This document shows, one piece after another, positions 8,600 through 17,952 of a stretch of DNA of 64,000 nucleotides. A program made the translations under genes and the position numbers. Within the stretch, counting starts at the first letter, position 1. Each line of letters begins with the position of its first letter. Under the pieces are notes generated by a model that ran no database searches, was not told the DNA's origin, and was given only the letters and a program-made list of their open reading frames with translations. Source of the stretch: Candidatus Woesearchaeota archaeon (lineage in GTDB: Archaea > Nanobdellota > Nanobdellia > SCGC-AAA011-G17 > PNOQ01); the NCBI GenBank assembly GCA_018302135.1, contig JAGWAE010000002.1, positions 11,803 through 75,802 of the forward strand, written 5' to 3'.

Positions 8600-9259
8600 C
8601 TATTGAGAGATGGTTTGCTTGACAAAATACTTTTCTATGTAGTATCTTAACAGCTGTTCTGCCTCGGGAATACATGTTTTGTCTTGAATTCCAATTTTGG
8701 TTCTTTTTTGCAAGTCTTCAAAAGTTCTTGCACCATCCAAAACTGCCTCTTCGATATCGTGGTCAGTTATTTTTAGAATTTTATCGACGATTTTTATTCT
8801 GTCATTTTTTATTTTATCTAATTGATTTGTTTTTTTGTAGTAATCATTTATAGCGGCTCTTAATGCTTTGTCAGCTAGAACAGAACAATGAAATTTCCTT
8901 GTTGGTAAACCGTCAAGTCTGTTGGCAATGTCTTGAGGTTTAATTTCTAAAGCTTTTTCTATTTCCATCCCACCATTTTCAGTTATCATTGTAGAAAACA
9001 TAGATGTTGATGCGATTGCCGAGGCGCAGCCAAATGTTTGCCATTTACAGTCTATAATTTTATTATCTTTAACTTTAATCCACATTTTCATCATATCTCC
9101 ACAAGCAGGACTCCCTTCTTCTCCAATGCCATCAGCTTCTTTAGTTAACTTTTCTGATTCTTCTTTAGTTTTAGCTAAATTTTTTGGCTCAAAGAAATGT
9201 TTTTTTACAGTTTCAGAATAAAACCATTCTGTTCCGTCTTTGGATTTGACATCATACAT
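8600..9259 (-). CDS. iscU: IscU/NifU Fe-S scaffold with C-terminal BFD-like domain
   Basis: GSPACGD, FGCASAIAS and KFHCSVLA scaffold cysteines. Confidence 0.9.
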   Translation of the reverse strand: MYDVKSKDGTEWFYSETVKKHFFEPKNLAKTKEESEKLTKEADGIGEEGSPACGDMMKMWIKVKDNKIIDCKWQTFGCASAIASTSMFSTMITENGGMEIEKALEIKPQDIANRLDGLPTRKFHCSVLADKALRAAINDYYKKTNQLDKIKNDRIKIVDKILKITDHDIEEAVLDGARTFEDLQKRTKIGIQDKTCIPEAEQLLRYYIEKYFVKQTISQ

Positions 9260-10433
9260 TTTTTATATCCTCTATTTTTAGGTTTACTGGAGAAATATTT
9301 CTTAATTCCTGTACTATTTTAGGAATTATTTGTAAAACATAATCTATTTCTTCTTTTGTTGTATTTTTGCTTAAAGAAAATCTTATACTACCATGAGCTG
9401 CTTCGTATGGTCTACCTAGCGCTAGAATAACATGACTAGGATCTAGAGATTTAGATGTACATGCTGAGCCCGAAGAAGCACAAACCCCTTCAGAATCTAA
9501 TTTTAGCAAAACTGCTTCCCCCTCTATATTTAAGAAAGTAATATTAACGTTATTTGGTAATCTTTTTTCATTATCACCATTTAGGATTGTGTTTTCTATT
9601 TTTAATAAATTTTCAATAAAATAATCTCTTAATGGTGTTAATTTCTTTTTGTAATCTTCTTTTCCTTTTTGTGCTATTTCTAAAGCTTTTGCAAAACCTA
9701 CTATGGCTGCAATATTTTCTGTACCAGATCTTAAATTGAATTCTTGACCCCCACCATGAATTAATGGCTCTATTCTTATACCTTCTTTTTTATATAAACA
9801 GCCCACTCCTTTCGGGCCATAAATTTTACTTCCATTAATGCTTAATAGATCTACATTTAAATCCTGAACATCTAAAGATTCTGAATTTGCTGCTTGACAT
9901 GCATCAGTATGGAATAAAATATTATTTTCTTTTGCTATTTTTGCTATTTCTTTTATTGGTTGAATTGTTCCGATTTCATTGTTAGCATACATAACACTAA
10001 TTAAAATTGTTTCTTTTTTTATTGCATTTTTTATTTTCTCTGGGTTTACAATTCCATTGGGTTCTACTGGAACATAAGTAACTTCAAAACCTTGTTTTTC
10101 TAAAAATTCTAAAGTGTCTAAAACAGCATGATGCTCAATAGTAGTAGAAATTATATGTTTTCCTTTATTTTTTAATTTATTTACAACTCCTTTTATCGCT
10201 AAATTAACACTTTCTGTTCCAGAACCAGTAAAAATTATTTCATCTGAATGACAATTTAATATTTTGGCAACTTTACTTCTAGAAAGATTTAATGCATGGG
10301 CTGCTATCAATCCTTTAGCGTGCATACTTCCCGCGTTACCATATTCGATTTGGAAATATCTGTGCATTTCCAAATAAACTAATGGATCTACTGGAGTAGA
10401 TGATGATGTATCTAAATATATTGTTCTGTTCAT
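9252..10433 (-). CDS. iscS: Cysteine desulfurase IscS/NifS
   Basis: HTDACQA, GSKIYGPKG (PLP Lys), RSGTEN and SSGSACTS (catalytic Cys). Confidence 0.95.
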   Translation of the reverse strand: MNRTIYLDTSSSTPVDPLVYLEMHRYFQIEYGNAGSMHAKGLIAAHALNLSRSKVAKILNCHSDEIIFTGSGTESVNLAIKGVVNKLKNKGKHIISTTIEHHAVLDTLEFLEKQGFEVTYVPVEPNGIVNPEKIKNAIKKETILISVMYANNEIGTIQPIKEIAKIAKENNILFHTDACQAANSESLDVQDLNVDLLSINGSKIYGPKGVGCLYKKEGIRIEPLIHGGGQEFNLRSGTENIAAIVGFAKALEIAQKGKEDYKKKLTPLRDYFIENLLKIENTILNGDNEKRLPNNVNITFLNIEGEAVLLKLDSEGVCASSGSACTSKSLDPSHVILALGRPYEAAHGSIRFSLSKNTTKEEIDYVLQIIPKIVQELRNISPVNLKIEDIKNV

Positions 10434-10636
10434 TTTTCTATTAATTTGTTTAACTCCTTAATTATTTGTTCAACTTCTTCTTTTGTTTTACCGTGTCCAC
10501 GCAATCCTTGTTCGATTGTTTCAAAACTAGCCCCGAAACAACCAACACAATGAACTCCAGAATCTAATAAAAAGTCTGCTGTTTCAGGATATGTTGTTAT
10601 ACATTCTCCGATTAACATATTTTTAGTTATTTTCAT
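10430..10636 (-). CDS. DUF1858 (hybrid-cluster-associated redox disulfide) domain protein
   Basis: ITKNM.IGE...YPET...L...G.HCVGC..ASFETIEQG...HG. Start moved to MKITK. Confidence 0.85.
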   Translation of the reverse strand: MKITKNMLIGECITTYPETADFLLDSGVHCVGCFGASFETIEQGLRGHGKTKEEVEQIIKELNKLIEK

Positions 10637-10988
10637 TTTCAAAACAAAAATTACACTCCTTTGGAACATTATCATATAATCTATGAATATCACATATTGT
10701 AGATGTTTTTTTTATCTTACTTGAAATTTTATATAACTCCTTGTGCAAAGTTGAAGATTTCTTAATTATCTTACTTGTTGAATTATTTATTTCTTTTTTA
10801 ATCTCTTCTTTAAATTTTGTTGAACCACGTTTTTCGCTTAAATATTGAGAGACTGCTGCGGGCGTTATATTTAACATTTTAGCAATTTCTTTTTGCTGTA
10901 TTTTGTTTCTAGCTAAAGCTACTGCAAATTCTTTTCTTAATGATGGAAGTATATAACGTACTTCTATTTCTTGTGGCATTAGTTTCAT
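10623..10988 (-). CDS. Archaeal HTH transcriptional regulator (COG2522-like) heading the Fe-S operon
   Basis: PQEIEVRYILPSLR, QQKEIAKMLNITPAAVSQYLSEKRG and C-terminal C..H....C..C. Confidence 0.8.
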   Translation of the reverse strand: MKLMPQEIEVRYILPSLRKEFAVALARNKIQQKEIAKMLNITPAAVSQYLSEKRGSTKFKEEIKKEINNSTSKIIKKSSTLHKELYKISSKIKKTSTICDIHRLYDNVPKECNFCFENENN

Positions 10989-11079
10989 AAAATTAATTAA
11001 CAATAGTTAATTTATAAAACTTTTGTTTTGGATAAATTTAAAAGTAGTTGAGTTTTAATTATATCGGGGGTGTTAATCT

Positions 11080-11385
11080 ATGAGTGCTTTGAGTGAATTT
11101 AAAGAATTTATAAAAGAATACAAAGTTTTAGGATTGGCTATTGCTTTCATTATGGGTGTAGCAGCGACTACATTAATTAAATCTTTAGTTGATAATGTTA
11201 TAATGCCAATAATAACTCCATTTATACCGGGTGGTGCTTGGCAAACTGCAACATTTAATTTGGGGCCAATTGTGATTGGGTGGGGTCCATTTTTAGCAGC
11301 AATAATCAACTTCGTGATAATAGCTTTAGTAGTATTTGTAATGGCTAAGAAATTGATGAAAGAAGAAAAAGTTGAGAAGAAATAA
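11080..11385 (+). CDS. mscL: Large-conductance mechanosensitive channel family protein
   Basis: EFKEFI..YKVLGLAIAFIMG, SLVDNVIMP and GPFLAAIINFVII. Confidence 0.9.
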   Translation: MSALSEFKEFIKEYKVLGLAIAFIMGVAATTLIKSLVDNVIMPIITPFIPGGAWQTATFNLGPIVIGWGPFLAAIINFVIIALVVFVMAKKLMKEEKVEKK

Positions 11386-11417
11386 TTTTATAAACTTCTT
11401 TTACTTTTTTTATTTAT

Positions 11418-12605
11418 ATGAAAAAATTGGTGATGTTAGTAATATTAATTATTTCTATAAATATTAGTTTCGCGGAAGAAATTAATATTCCAGAAACGTT
11501 CACAGCTGAGACAAGTGTTAATGAAGTTACTACGTATTATTACGCAGGAGATAAATTGCTTGCATCTGAAAATAATAATATTGTTACATATCATTACCAA
11601 GATAGATTAGGTAGTGATGTTAGTTCTAAAACACTACCTTTTGGACAAGAGATTGTTTCTTCTGAAAGATTTTCATTTACTGGGAAAGAGTTGGATTCTG
11701 AATTATATTATTTTAATGCTAGGTATTATGATTCTGATTTAGGAAGATTTACTTCTGTGGATCCTGTGCAAGATAATCATCCTTATGCTTATGTTGCAAA
11801 TAATCCTATGAATTATGTGGATCCTGATGGTCGTGAAATCCATGCTTATACATGGACAGTCGATGGTGTGTCCAAAACTATTGATTATACTGTTGAAGGT
11901 GGTGCCAATGTAGCTGATTATATTAAAATGATGGATGAAATTCGTCAATTTTCCCCTAGATTTTTTGGAAAATCTACTAATAGGTATGTTTTTGGTGCTG
12001 CGATTAGTGAATATGATAAAACATTAAATGTTGTTCATGTTAGTGACCCTTGGGATTTAATTCATGAAATGATGCATTCTATTGCTACGCCAGATATTGA
12101 AAGAGGACTATTAACTGAATTTGCATCATATAGTTGGGAAGAGGAATTTTTCAAATATATGGAGAATGTAAAGGGTGTTGTGCCACAGGGTAGAACTCCT
12201 TTATCAATGGCTGCTGCTGAAGGCCCGCAAAATTTTTATGAAGCATTTAGAAAAAGTTCCTATATGCAAAGTTATCCTGAACTTACGGAGACATTTTTGA
12301 AAAAAGATCTTGCTCGTATAATCAAAATATTTAGTTCAGAATCTCTTGGGTTGGTTGGAGATTCTTATGATATTACTTATGGATATACCCACCCTGAAAT
12401 ATTATCACAAGAATGGTCTTCTGGACAACTCTTTTTAGAACATTATCAATCTTTTGGTGGTATGGGTGCACAATTACATCAAAGAGCTTTTGCTAGCTTG
12501 AGTGCTTGGGCCGTTACTATGGGTGAGATGACAAGTAGAATTGTTCAAGAAATTGGTGCTGCAGGTGGCAAACAGGCTTTAGGAAGAGAGAGTTATATTC
12601 AGTGA
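11418..12605 (+). CDS. Signal-peptide-bearing miniature RHS-core protein with C-terminal HEXXH domain
   Basis: N-terminal signal peptide. YHYQDRLGS, FTGKELD, YYFNARYYD..LGRFTSVDP and YAYVANNPMNYVDPDG core motifs. IHEMMH in the C-terminal domain. Confidence 0.85.
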   Translation: MKKLVMLVILIISINISFAEEINIPETFTAETSVNEVTTYYYAGDKLLASENNNIVTYHYQDRLGSDVSSKTLPFGQEIVSSERFSFTGKELDSELYYFNARYYDSDLGRFTSVDPVQDNHPYAYVANNPMNYVDPDGREIHAYTWTVDGVSKTIDYTVEGGANVADYIKMMDEIRQFSPRFFGKSTNRYVFGAAISEYDKTLNVVHVSDPWDLIHEMMHSIATPDIERGLLTEFASYSWEEEFFKYMENVKGVVPQGRTPLSMAAAEGPQNFYEAFRKSSYMQSYPELTETFLKKDLARIIKIFSSESLGLVGDSYDITYGYTHPEILSQEWSSGQLFLEHYQSFGGMGAQLHQRAFASLSAWAVTMGEMTSRIVQEIGAAGGKQALGRESYIQ

Positions 12606-12757
12606 AGAGGATAATTTTTTAAAGTAATTTTTGTATATTTGTTAATTTAATAATAACTAGGATGAAATTGGTGTAAGAGGAATTGCTCCGAAATACTTGA
12701 ACCTTCTAGAATTTTTAAAAACATTTTAAGTGAAATAATGAGAATGTTAGAACAACG

Positions 12758-13012
12758 TTAAATTATTTTTTTATTTGTTTCTAAATCATAAATATGAATT
12801 ACATTAACAGGACAAGATCTTGCAGATTCTAAAATTTCTTTAAATTCATGTTCATCGATTTCTAAAACAAAAAATTCTTCATCTTCTTCTTTAGAACCAA
12901 TAAAATCTGCTTTACCGTCTTTGGCCATCTTAAATTTATTGGAAAAAATTGTACATGATGCTGCACCAATGCAACTCTCCCTATCATAGGTTACTTTATA
13001 TTTTTTTTTCAT
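12758..13012 (-). CDS. Ferredoxin (3Fe-4S/4Fe-4S monocluster type)
   Basis: CIGAASC...CPVNVI. Confidence 0.85.
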   Translation of the reverse strand: MKKKYKVTYDRESCIGAASCTIFSNKFKMAKDGKADFIGSKEEDEEFFVLEIDEHEFKEILESARSCPVNVIHIYDLETNKKII

Positions 13013-14367
13013 TTTTTAGTGTGTAAATTTATTGGTCTATGAAAATATCTATGTGGGAACGAAGAGACTACTTTAATTAATAAATCTTTCGAAGATATTT
13101 CTTCTCTAACTTTTATATCTTTCAATTTTGGGAGGAATATTAGTGCTGCTATTAATCTCATTAATGCACCCAACAAAAGAATGATTATATATTTTGACCA
13201 AAATATTGAGCTAATTGAAGACAAATTTAATTCTAAAGCTAATTTTATTATATATGCACCAATTAAACTTCCAATAAATATGAATACCCCACTTATGAAA
13301 TTATAATATGCAAAAGCGGCAACTCTTTTTTCTTTTGTAGTTGTTTCTAACATAAAATTAATTGAAGAAACAGTAAAGCCTGCCCATAAGAAACCACCTA
13401 CTACCTGAGTTAGTATTAAGATAGGTAAACTCTTTGAAAAAGCTAACAATACTGGTACAATGGGTAATAAGTAACCCGTTAATTTTAATATTTTTAGTGG
13501 GCCGTATTTATCTATAAAACTACCCCATATTGGCAAAAAAGCTAATTCAAATAATAATGAAGTTGCTGTGAACAAAACGTATTGCAAATAACTAAAATGT
13601 AAATCTTTAAACAAATAAGCGATTATATATGGAGAAGTTATATATAAACCAAAGTACATAAAGGATAAATAAGCAATTATTACATTGAAATAACCTAGCT
13701 TATATCTTTTTTTGAATTCCTTTAAAAATTGTTTAAATGAAAAGTTGTCTTGTTTTTTTATCTTCAATTTTGGCTCATATTGTTTTGATAAAAAGTAAAC
13801 TGAAATCAATCTTGCAATTACTGCTATGATGAATATTACTGCAAATCCTGCATACTCATTCACAAAATTATCTTTAGCATAGGTTAAAATGAAACCTGCA
13901 ATTATAAATGATACAAACATTGTTGAACTTGCTACTAATTGTCTGTTTGAGAAAAATTTACCTCTTATTTTTTCTGGAACTAAATCTCCAATCCAGCTAA
14001 CCCAAATAGGATTTGAGAGCCAACCAAATATAGAGTACAATGTTACCAATAATGTTAATAAAGTTAATCTATAACTTTCTATGTGATATATTAAAATAAT
14101 AGGTAATATCATTAATCCTTGCAAGAAAACTAAAGCTAAAACTGATTTTTTTCTTGATTTAAATTTGTGCATTAAATTTATTGAAAATAACTGCATTATT
14201 GAGGCAATTAAAATTGGGAATGTTGCTAAGATACCTAGTTGGAAATCCGTTGCATTTAATAACAATGCGTAGGCTGCAAAATAATATTCACCAAAACCAT
14301 ACATTGCATAATAGGCAGCTCCATCAAGAACAGAATATCTTAATGCAGATTTCACCCTTTTTTCCAT
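13009..14367 (-). CDS. MFS transporter
   Basis: About 12 hydrophobic helices. SWIGDLVPEKIRGKFF and WG.FIDKYG motifs. Confidence 0.85.
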   Translation of the reverse strand: MEKRVKSALRYSVLDGAAYYAMYGFGEYYFAAYALLLNATDFQLGILATFPILIASIMQLFSINLMHKFKSRKKSVLALVFLQGLMILPIILIYHIESYRLTLLTLLVTLYSIFGWLSNPIWVSWIGDLVPEKIRGKFFSNRQLVASSTMFVSFIIAGFILTYAKDNFVNEYAGFAVIFIIAVIARLISVYFLSKQYEPKLKIKKQDNFSFKQFLKEFKKRYKLGYFNVIIAYLSFMYFGLYITSPYIIAYLFKDLHFSYLQYVLFTATSLLFELAFLPIWGSFIDKYGPLKILKLTGYLLPIVPVLLAFSKSLPILILTQVVGGFLWAGFTVSSINFMLETTTKEKRVAAFAYYNFISGVFIFIGSLIGAYIIKLALELNLSSISSIFWSKYIIILLLGALMRLIAALIFLPKLKDIKVREEISSKDLLIKVVSSFPHRYFHRPINLHTKK

Positions 14368-14419
14368 GCATTGAATAATTGAATTTTTATTTTATAAACT
14401 TAACTGAGAAATAAAAAAA

Positions 14420-14439
14420 TAAGAACCTAAAGGTTCTTA
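14420..14439 (-). terminator. Hairpin plus T-tract after the acidic microprotein gene
   Basis: Inverted repeat TAAGAACCT/AGGTTCTTA followed on the minus strand by TTTTTTTATTT. Confidence 0.55.
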
Positions 14440-14601
14440 GTTTTCATCAGACTCATCATCAGAGCCTTTATCATCATCTTCTTCTATATCATCATCAAAA
14501 TCATCTTCTTCATCTTCGAATTCTTCTTCTGCTACTTCTTCTTCGAATTCTTCTTCAACATCTTCTTCTAGTTCTTCTTTCTTCTTTTCAAAACTTTTCA
14601 T
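14437..14601 (-). CDS. 54-aa hyperacidic microprotein
   Basis: MKSFEKKKEELEEDVEEEFEEEVAEEEFEDEEDDFDDDIEEDDDKGSDDESDEN*. GGAGGTG SD, TTTATAAA box upstream, terminator downstream. Confidence 0.75.
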   Translation of the reverse strand: MKSFEKKKEELEEDVEEEFEEEVAEEEFEDEEDDFDDDIEEDDDKGSDDESDEN

Positions 14602-14684
14602 CTAACGCACCTCCAATGATTTAAAACCGGGTTGTAATCAACTATTTATAAAGTTTTTGTATATTAAAAAAGAAATAAAAATAG

Positions 14685-15473
14685 TTAGGATTTGTTCCAA
14701 ACCATTTCAAATAGATTTTCTAATGCACCAGCAAAATATGGAGCATTTACCCAGATACCTAAGTCATAAGTTGGGTGTACATCTTTGTCATCCATTACCA
14801 TAAACATTATTTCCTTGCCGTCTACAATGCAGAATCTTGCGTTAACATTCTTAACATCTTTTACTGTAGCATAACTTTTCATTTCTGACATTGGTATTTC
14901 TTTAGTCATTGGAGCAGCTATTTTTACTTTAACGCCTTTCTTTGTTAATTTAGCTAATGTTGGCTGTAATGCTTCAATCTTTCTTAAAACACCTTTAGAT
15001 GTAGTCATTATTGTTACTGATTTTTCAGCTTTCTTTATCATGGTTTCTAAGTGAGCATATAAATTATGTCTTCCACGTATTGCACCGGATAAATCTGCAG
15101 GCTCTACAAACTCTATACCTTGTGTAAACAATGTGTTTAATTCAGATAGCGCGTCGTTTTCATTTAAATCTTTTAATTTTTGCATATTTTTTTCTGCTTC
15201 TTCTTTCACTGTTTTCTTTAATCTTTCAACTACTTCTTTAGGTTCCACTGCAAGATATTGTATTGGTTTGCCCAATTTCATTACTACAAAACCTTTTTTC
15301 TCCAAAGATTCTAAAACGTCATATGCTCTTGATCTTGGTACATCACCAATTTCAGAAAGTTCACCTGCTGTTGCTTTACCTCTTGAAAGTAAAGCTGTCC
15401 ATATTCTTACCTCATAAAGGTTCAAACCAAAAAATTGTCTTAATTTTACCAAAAAATCGTCTTTGACGATCAT
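14685..15473 (-). CDS. TrmB-family (TrmBL2-like) transcriptional regulator/chromatin protein
   Basis: FGLNLYE, GDVPRSRAYDVLESLEKKGF wHTH and a C-terminal PLD-like effector domain. Confidence 0.9.
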   Translation of the reverse strand: MIVKDDFLVKLRQFFGLNLYEVRIWTALLSRGKATAGELSEIGDVPRSRAYDVLESLEKKGFVVMKLGKPIQYLAVEPKEVVERLKKTVKEEAEKNMQKLKDLNENDALSELNTLFTQGIEFVEPADLSGAIRGRHNLYAHLETMIKKAEKSVTIMTTSKGVLRKIEALQPTLAKLTKKGVKVKIAAPMTKEIPMSEMKSYATVKDVKNVNARFCIVDGKEIMFMVMDDKDVHPTYDLGIWVNAPYFAGALENLFEMVWNKS

Positions 15474-15581
15474 ATTATTAACCCCCTAAGGAAACACCCT
15501 TTTTTTTATTTACTGTTAAATGATATAAACTATCACTAGATGGTACGTTATCACTATATAAAGATTATTGTTTTCGAGAGA

Positions 15582-17387
15582 TTATTTTTTTTGTTGTGAG
15601 TGATAATATTTTATACGCTTCAAAGTTTCTATGTTTTTAATTGATTTATCTAAACGAACTCTTATTGCTCTTGGAAATCTTAAGGCAAATCCAGAATTAT
15701 AAGTTGGTGATTTTTGTAGTTCTTCATAATTTATTTCTAAAACTAAATAAGGTTTAAGTTTTACTTCTTTTCCTTTCTCTGAAATTATTTTTGGTCTTAA
15801 TATTTTTGTTAATTCTGCGAAACTTAACTCATCATCTTTTTCTTTAAATCCAGTTCCTACTTTACCAACTTCTAAAAATTTACCGTTATCTATACAAGAC
15901 AAAGTAAATGAGCTTAAAAATTTAGCACGTTTTCCTTCACCCCATTCTGCTCCAGTTATAACTAAATCTAAAGTTTCTTTTACTGGTTTATGTTTTAACC
16001 AACCACCTACTCTTCTACCGGGGACATATTTAGATTGTAAACTTTTAAGCATTATTCCTTCGTTACCTTTTGCTAAAGATTTCTTGTAGAACTCTTCAAT
16101 TTCTTTAGGATCTGAAGTTATTAATTTTTTTGTGAGAACTATTTTATGCTTTTCTTCTTTGACTATTTTTTCCAAAATTTTTCTACGTTCTTCTTGAGTC
16201 AAATCTATTAATACTTTTCCATCTTTGTAAATTATATCAAAAGCATTTATTTCAACTTTAATATGTTCAGCTGTTTTTTCTATGTGGTGTTTTCTTTTAA
16301 TTCTTTGAGATATATTTTGAAAAGACAAATACATATCTGTTTTTGAATCAACACCAACTAATTCTGAATCTAATATAAAATCATCTGCGTTTACATGAGA
16401 GGTTATTATTGGGATTATTTCTTGGAACTGTTTTGTTACATTTTCTAGTCTTCTCGTAAATAATTTTACTTCTTTTCCTTTTTTGTGAATCTGCAATCTA
16501 AATCCGTCTAATTTATGTTCTGCTTGTAATGGGCTACCAACTGCTTCAAGTGCTTGTTCTATACTTTCAGCTTTTATTGCTAGCATTGGATTAACTGGTT
16601 TACCAACATGCATTTTTAGTGTGTGTAATTTGTTATGTTTTGCAGCCAAAGCAACTTCTGAAAAATCATTTGTTAAATTATATGACTCTTCAATTTGTGA
16701 AATAAAATAATTATATATTTCTCTTGCTAGTTCTTCTGAGCTTGCTTCTAATGCTTCATAATTAGATAAGTTTAGTTTTTTTAACTCTGCCATTGATGAA
16801 ACTAATTTTGCTTTTTCTTGGTTAGAGTTAATTCCTTTTATTCTTGGAAAATATGTCCAGGTAACGGCATCTCTTAATACACCATCTTGAACTCCAATTC
16901 TTAAATCTTCTATTACAGTCCTTGCAATATATTTTGCTTCAAGTGGAGTAGCGGAAGTGATTAATTCTGTGACTAATTGTATTTTTTTAGAAACAGTTCC
17001 TTTTCCTTCTAACTCTGAAAGTTTCATTAAATTTTCAAAAACTTTGGTTACTGTGAGTTTTTTTGAGAATAATGTAGTTTGTTTTTTGTTTTTTATTATA
17101 GATTCAACTACTGTTCCTAAATCTCCTTTTGTGGCCCATTCTTTTTCAATTGCATGTATTGTAGCTCCAGTAGACGAATTAATTGTTTTTAGTATTGATT
17201 GTGAGCTCATTCCAATTTTTCTTTCGTCCCATTTTGGAAAAACTGTGCCTTGTAATAAATAAATTACTTTTTCTAATAAATCATTTGGTGTTTTTTTCAA
17301 TAATTTTGAGATTATCTCTGTTTTTTCTAACCTTTTTGGTGTTGATTCTAATTTTGAGTATACTTGAGCAAGTACGGAGTAATCCAT
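15582..17387 (-). CDS. lig: ATP-dependent DNA ligase
   Basis: EHKLDGFRLQIH (motif I), EGIMLK, WLKHK and ALRFPR. Confidence 0.95.
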   Translation of the reverse strand: MDYSVLAQVYSKLESTPKRLEKTEIISKLLKKTPNDLLEKVIYLLQGTVFPKWDERKIGMSSQSILKTINSSTGATIHAIEKEWATKGDLGTVVESIIKNKKQTTLFSKKLTVTKVFENLMKLSELEGKGTVSKKIQLVTELITSATPLEAKYIARTVIEDLRIGVQDGVLRDAVTWTYFPRIKGINSNQEKAKLVSSMAELKKLNLSNYEALEASSEELAREIYNYFISQIEESYNLTNDFSEVALAAKHNKLHTLKMHVGKPVNPMLAIKAESIEQALEAVGSPLQAEHKLDGFRLQIHKKGKEVKLFTRRLENVTKQFQEIIPIITSHVNADDFILDSELVGVDSKTDMYLSFQNISQRIKRKHHIEKTAEHIKVEINAFDIIYKDGKVLIDLTQEERRKILEKIVKEEKHKIVLTKKLITSDPKEIEEFYKKSLAKGNEGIMLKSLQSKYVPGRRVGGWLKHKPVKETLDLVITGAEWGEGKRAKFLSSFTLSCIDNGKFLEVGKVGTGFKEKDDELSFAELTKILRPKIISEKGKEVKLKPYLVLEINYEELQKSPTYNSGFALRFPRAIRVRLDKSIKNIETLKRIKYYHSQQKK

Positions 17388-17482
17388 AGGATTTATTTTA
17401 AATTATATAATATAAATGTTTTGATTAAAATAATTCAATAAACATAAAGCTTAAATACTCATGTTTATCACAAAATTTATAG

Positions 17483-17540
17483 TAATACGGAAGAAGAGTA
17501 ACGGGCCGTAAAGGAAACGAATTCTTTTATCCAAGTATTA
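17483..17540 (+). promoter_or_regulatory. Structured 5' UTR of the cold-shock gene
   Basis: TAATAC/GTATTA closing stem and AAGAAGAGT/ATTCTTTT inner stem, ending just before the GGAGG SD. Confidence 0.45.
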
Positions 17541-17559
17541 TGAATTGGAGGAAAATAAT

Positions 17560-17892
17560 ATGGAAGGAAGCGTAAAATGGTTTAATGTAAGAAAGGGTTT
17601 TGGTTTTATTAGTGGGGAAGATGGCCAAGATTATTTTGTTCACTTTAGTGCATTAAAGAAAGGTACATTCATAAGGGAGAATGACAGAGTATCATTCGAA
17701 GCTGTTGAAACTGATAAAGGTAAACAAGCTAAAGAAGTAGTTCTCCTTCAAAAGGGCAGTGAAATAGCTGGCGGAAGCGATAAAAAACAGTCCGATGAAG
17801 AAGAATATTCTGAAGATGAAGTAACAGAAGACGAAGTATCAGAAGATGAAGAAACATCTGAAGATGAACAAGAAGTAGAAGAAGAATTTTAA
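17560..17892 (+). CDS. Cold-shock domain protein with acidic C-terminal tail
   Basis: GSVKWFN..KGFGFI (RNP1) and YFVHFS (RNP2). ATG at 17560 follows a GGAGG SD. Tail has SEDE/TEDE repeats. Confidence 0.92.
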   Translation: MEGSVKWFNVRKGFGFISGEDGQDYFVHFSALKKGTFIRENDRVSFEAVETDKGKQAKEVVLLQKGSEIAGGSDKKQSDEEEYSEDEVTEDEVSEDEETSEDEQEVEEEF

Positions 17893-17952
17893 TTCTTTTC
17901 TTTTTTTTAATTTATAAAAAAGTTTAAAAACAATTAAGCATTTAATATTTCT

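Noticed and set aside
12655-12730. Possible C/D-box sRNA or RHS immunity remnant downstream of the RHS gene
   Set aside because: Only degenerate boxes (AGGATGA...TTGA) and a start-less 22-codon frame are present, which is insufficient support.
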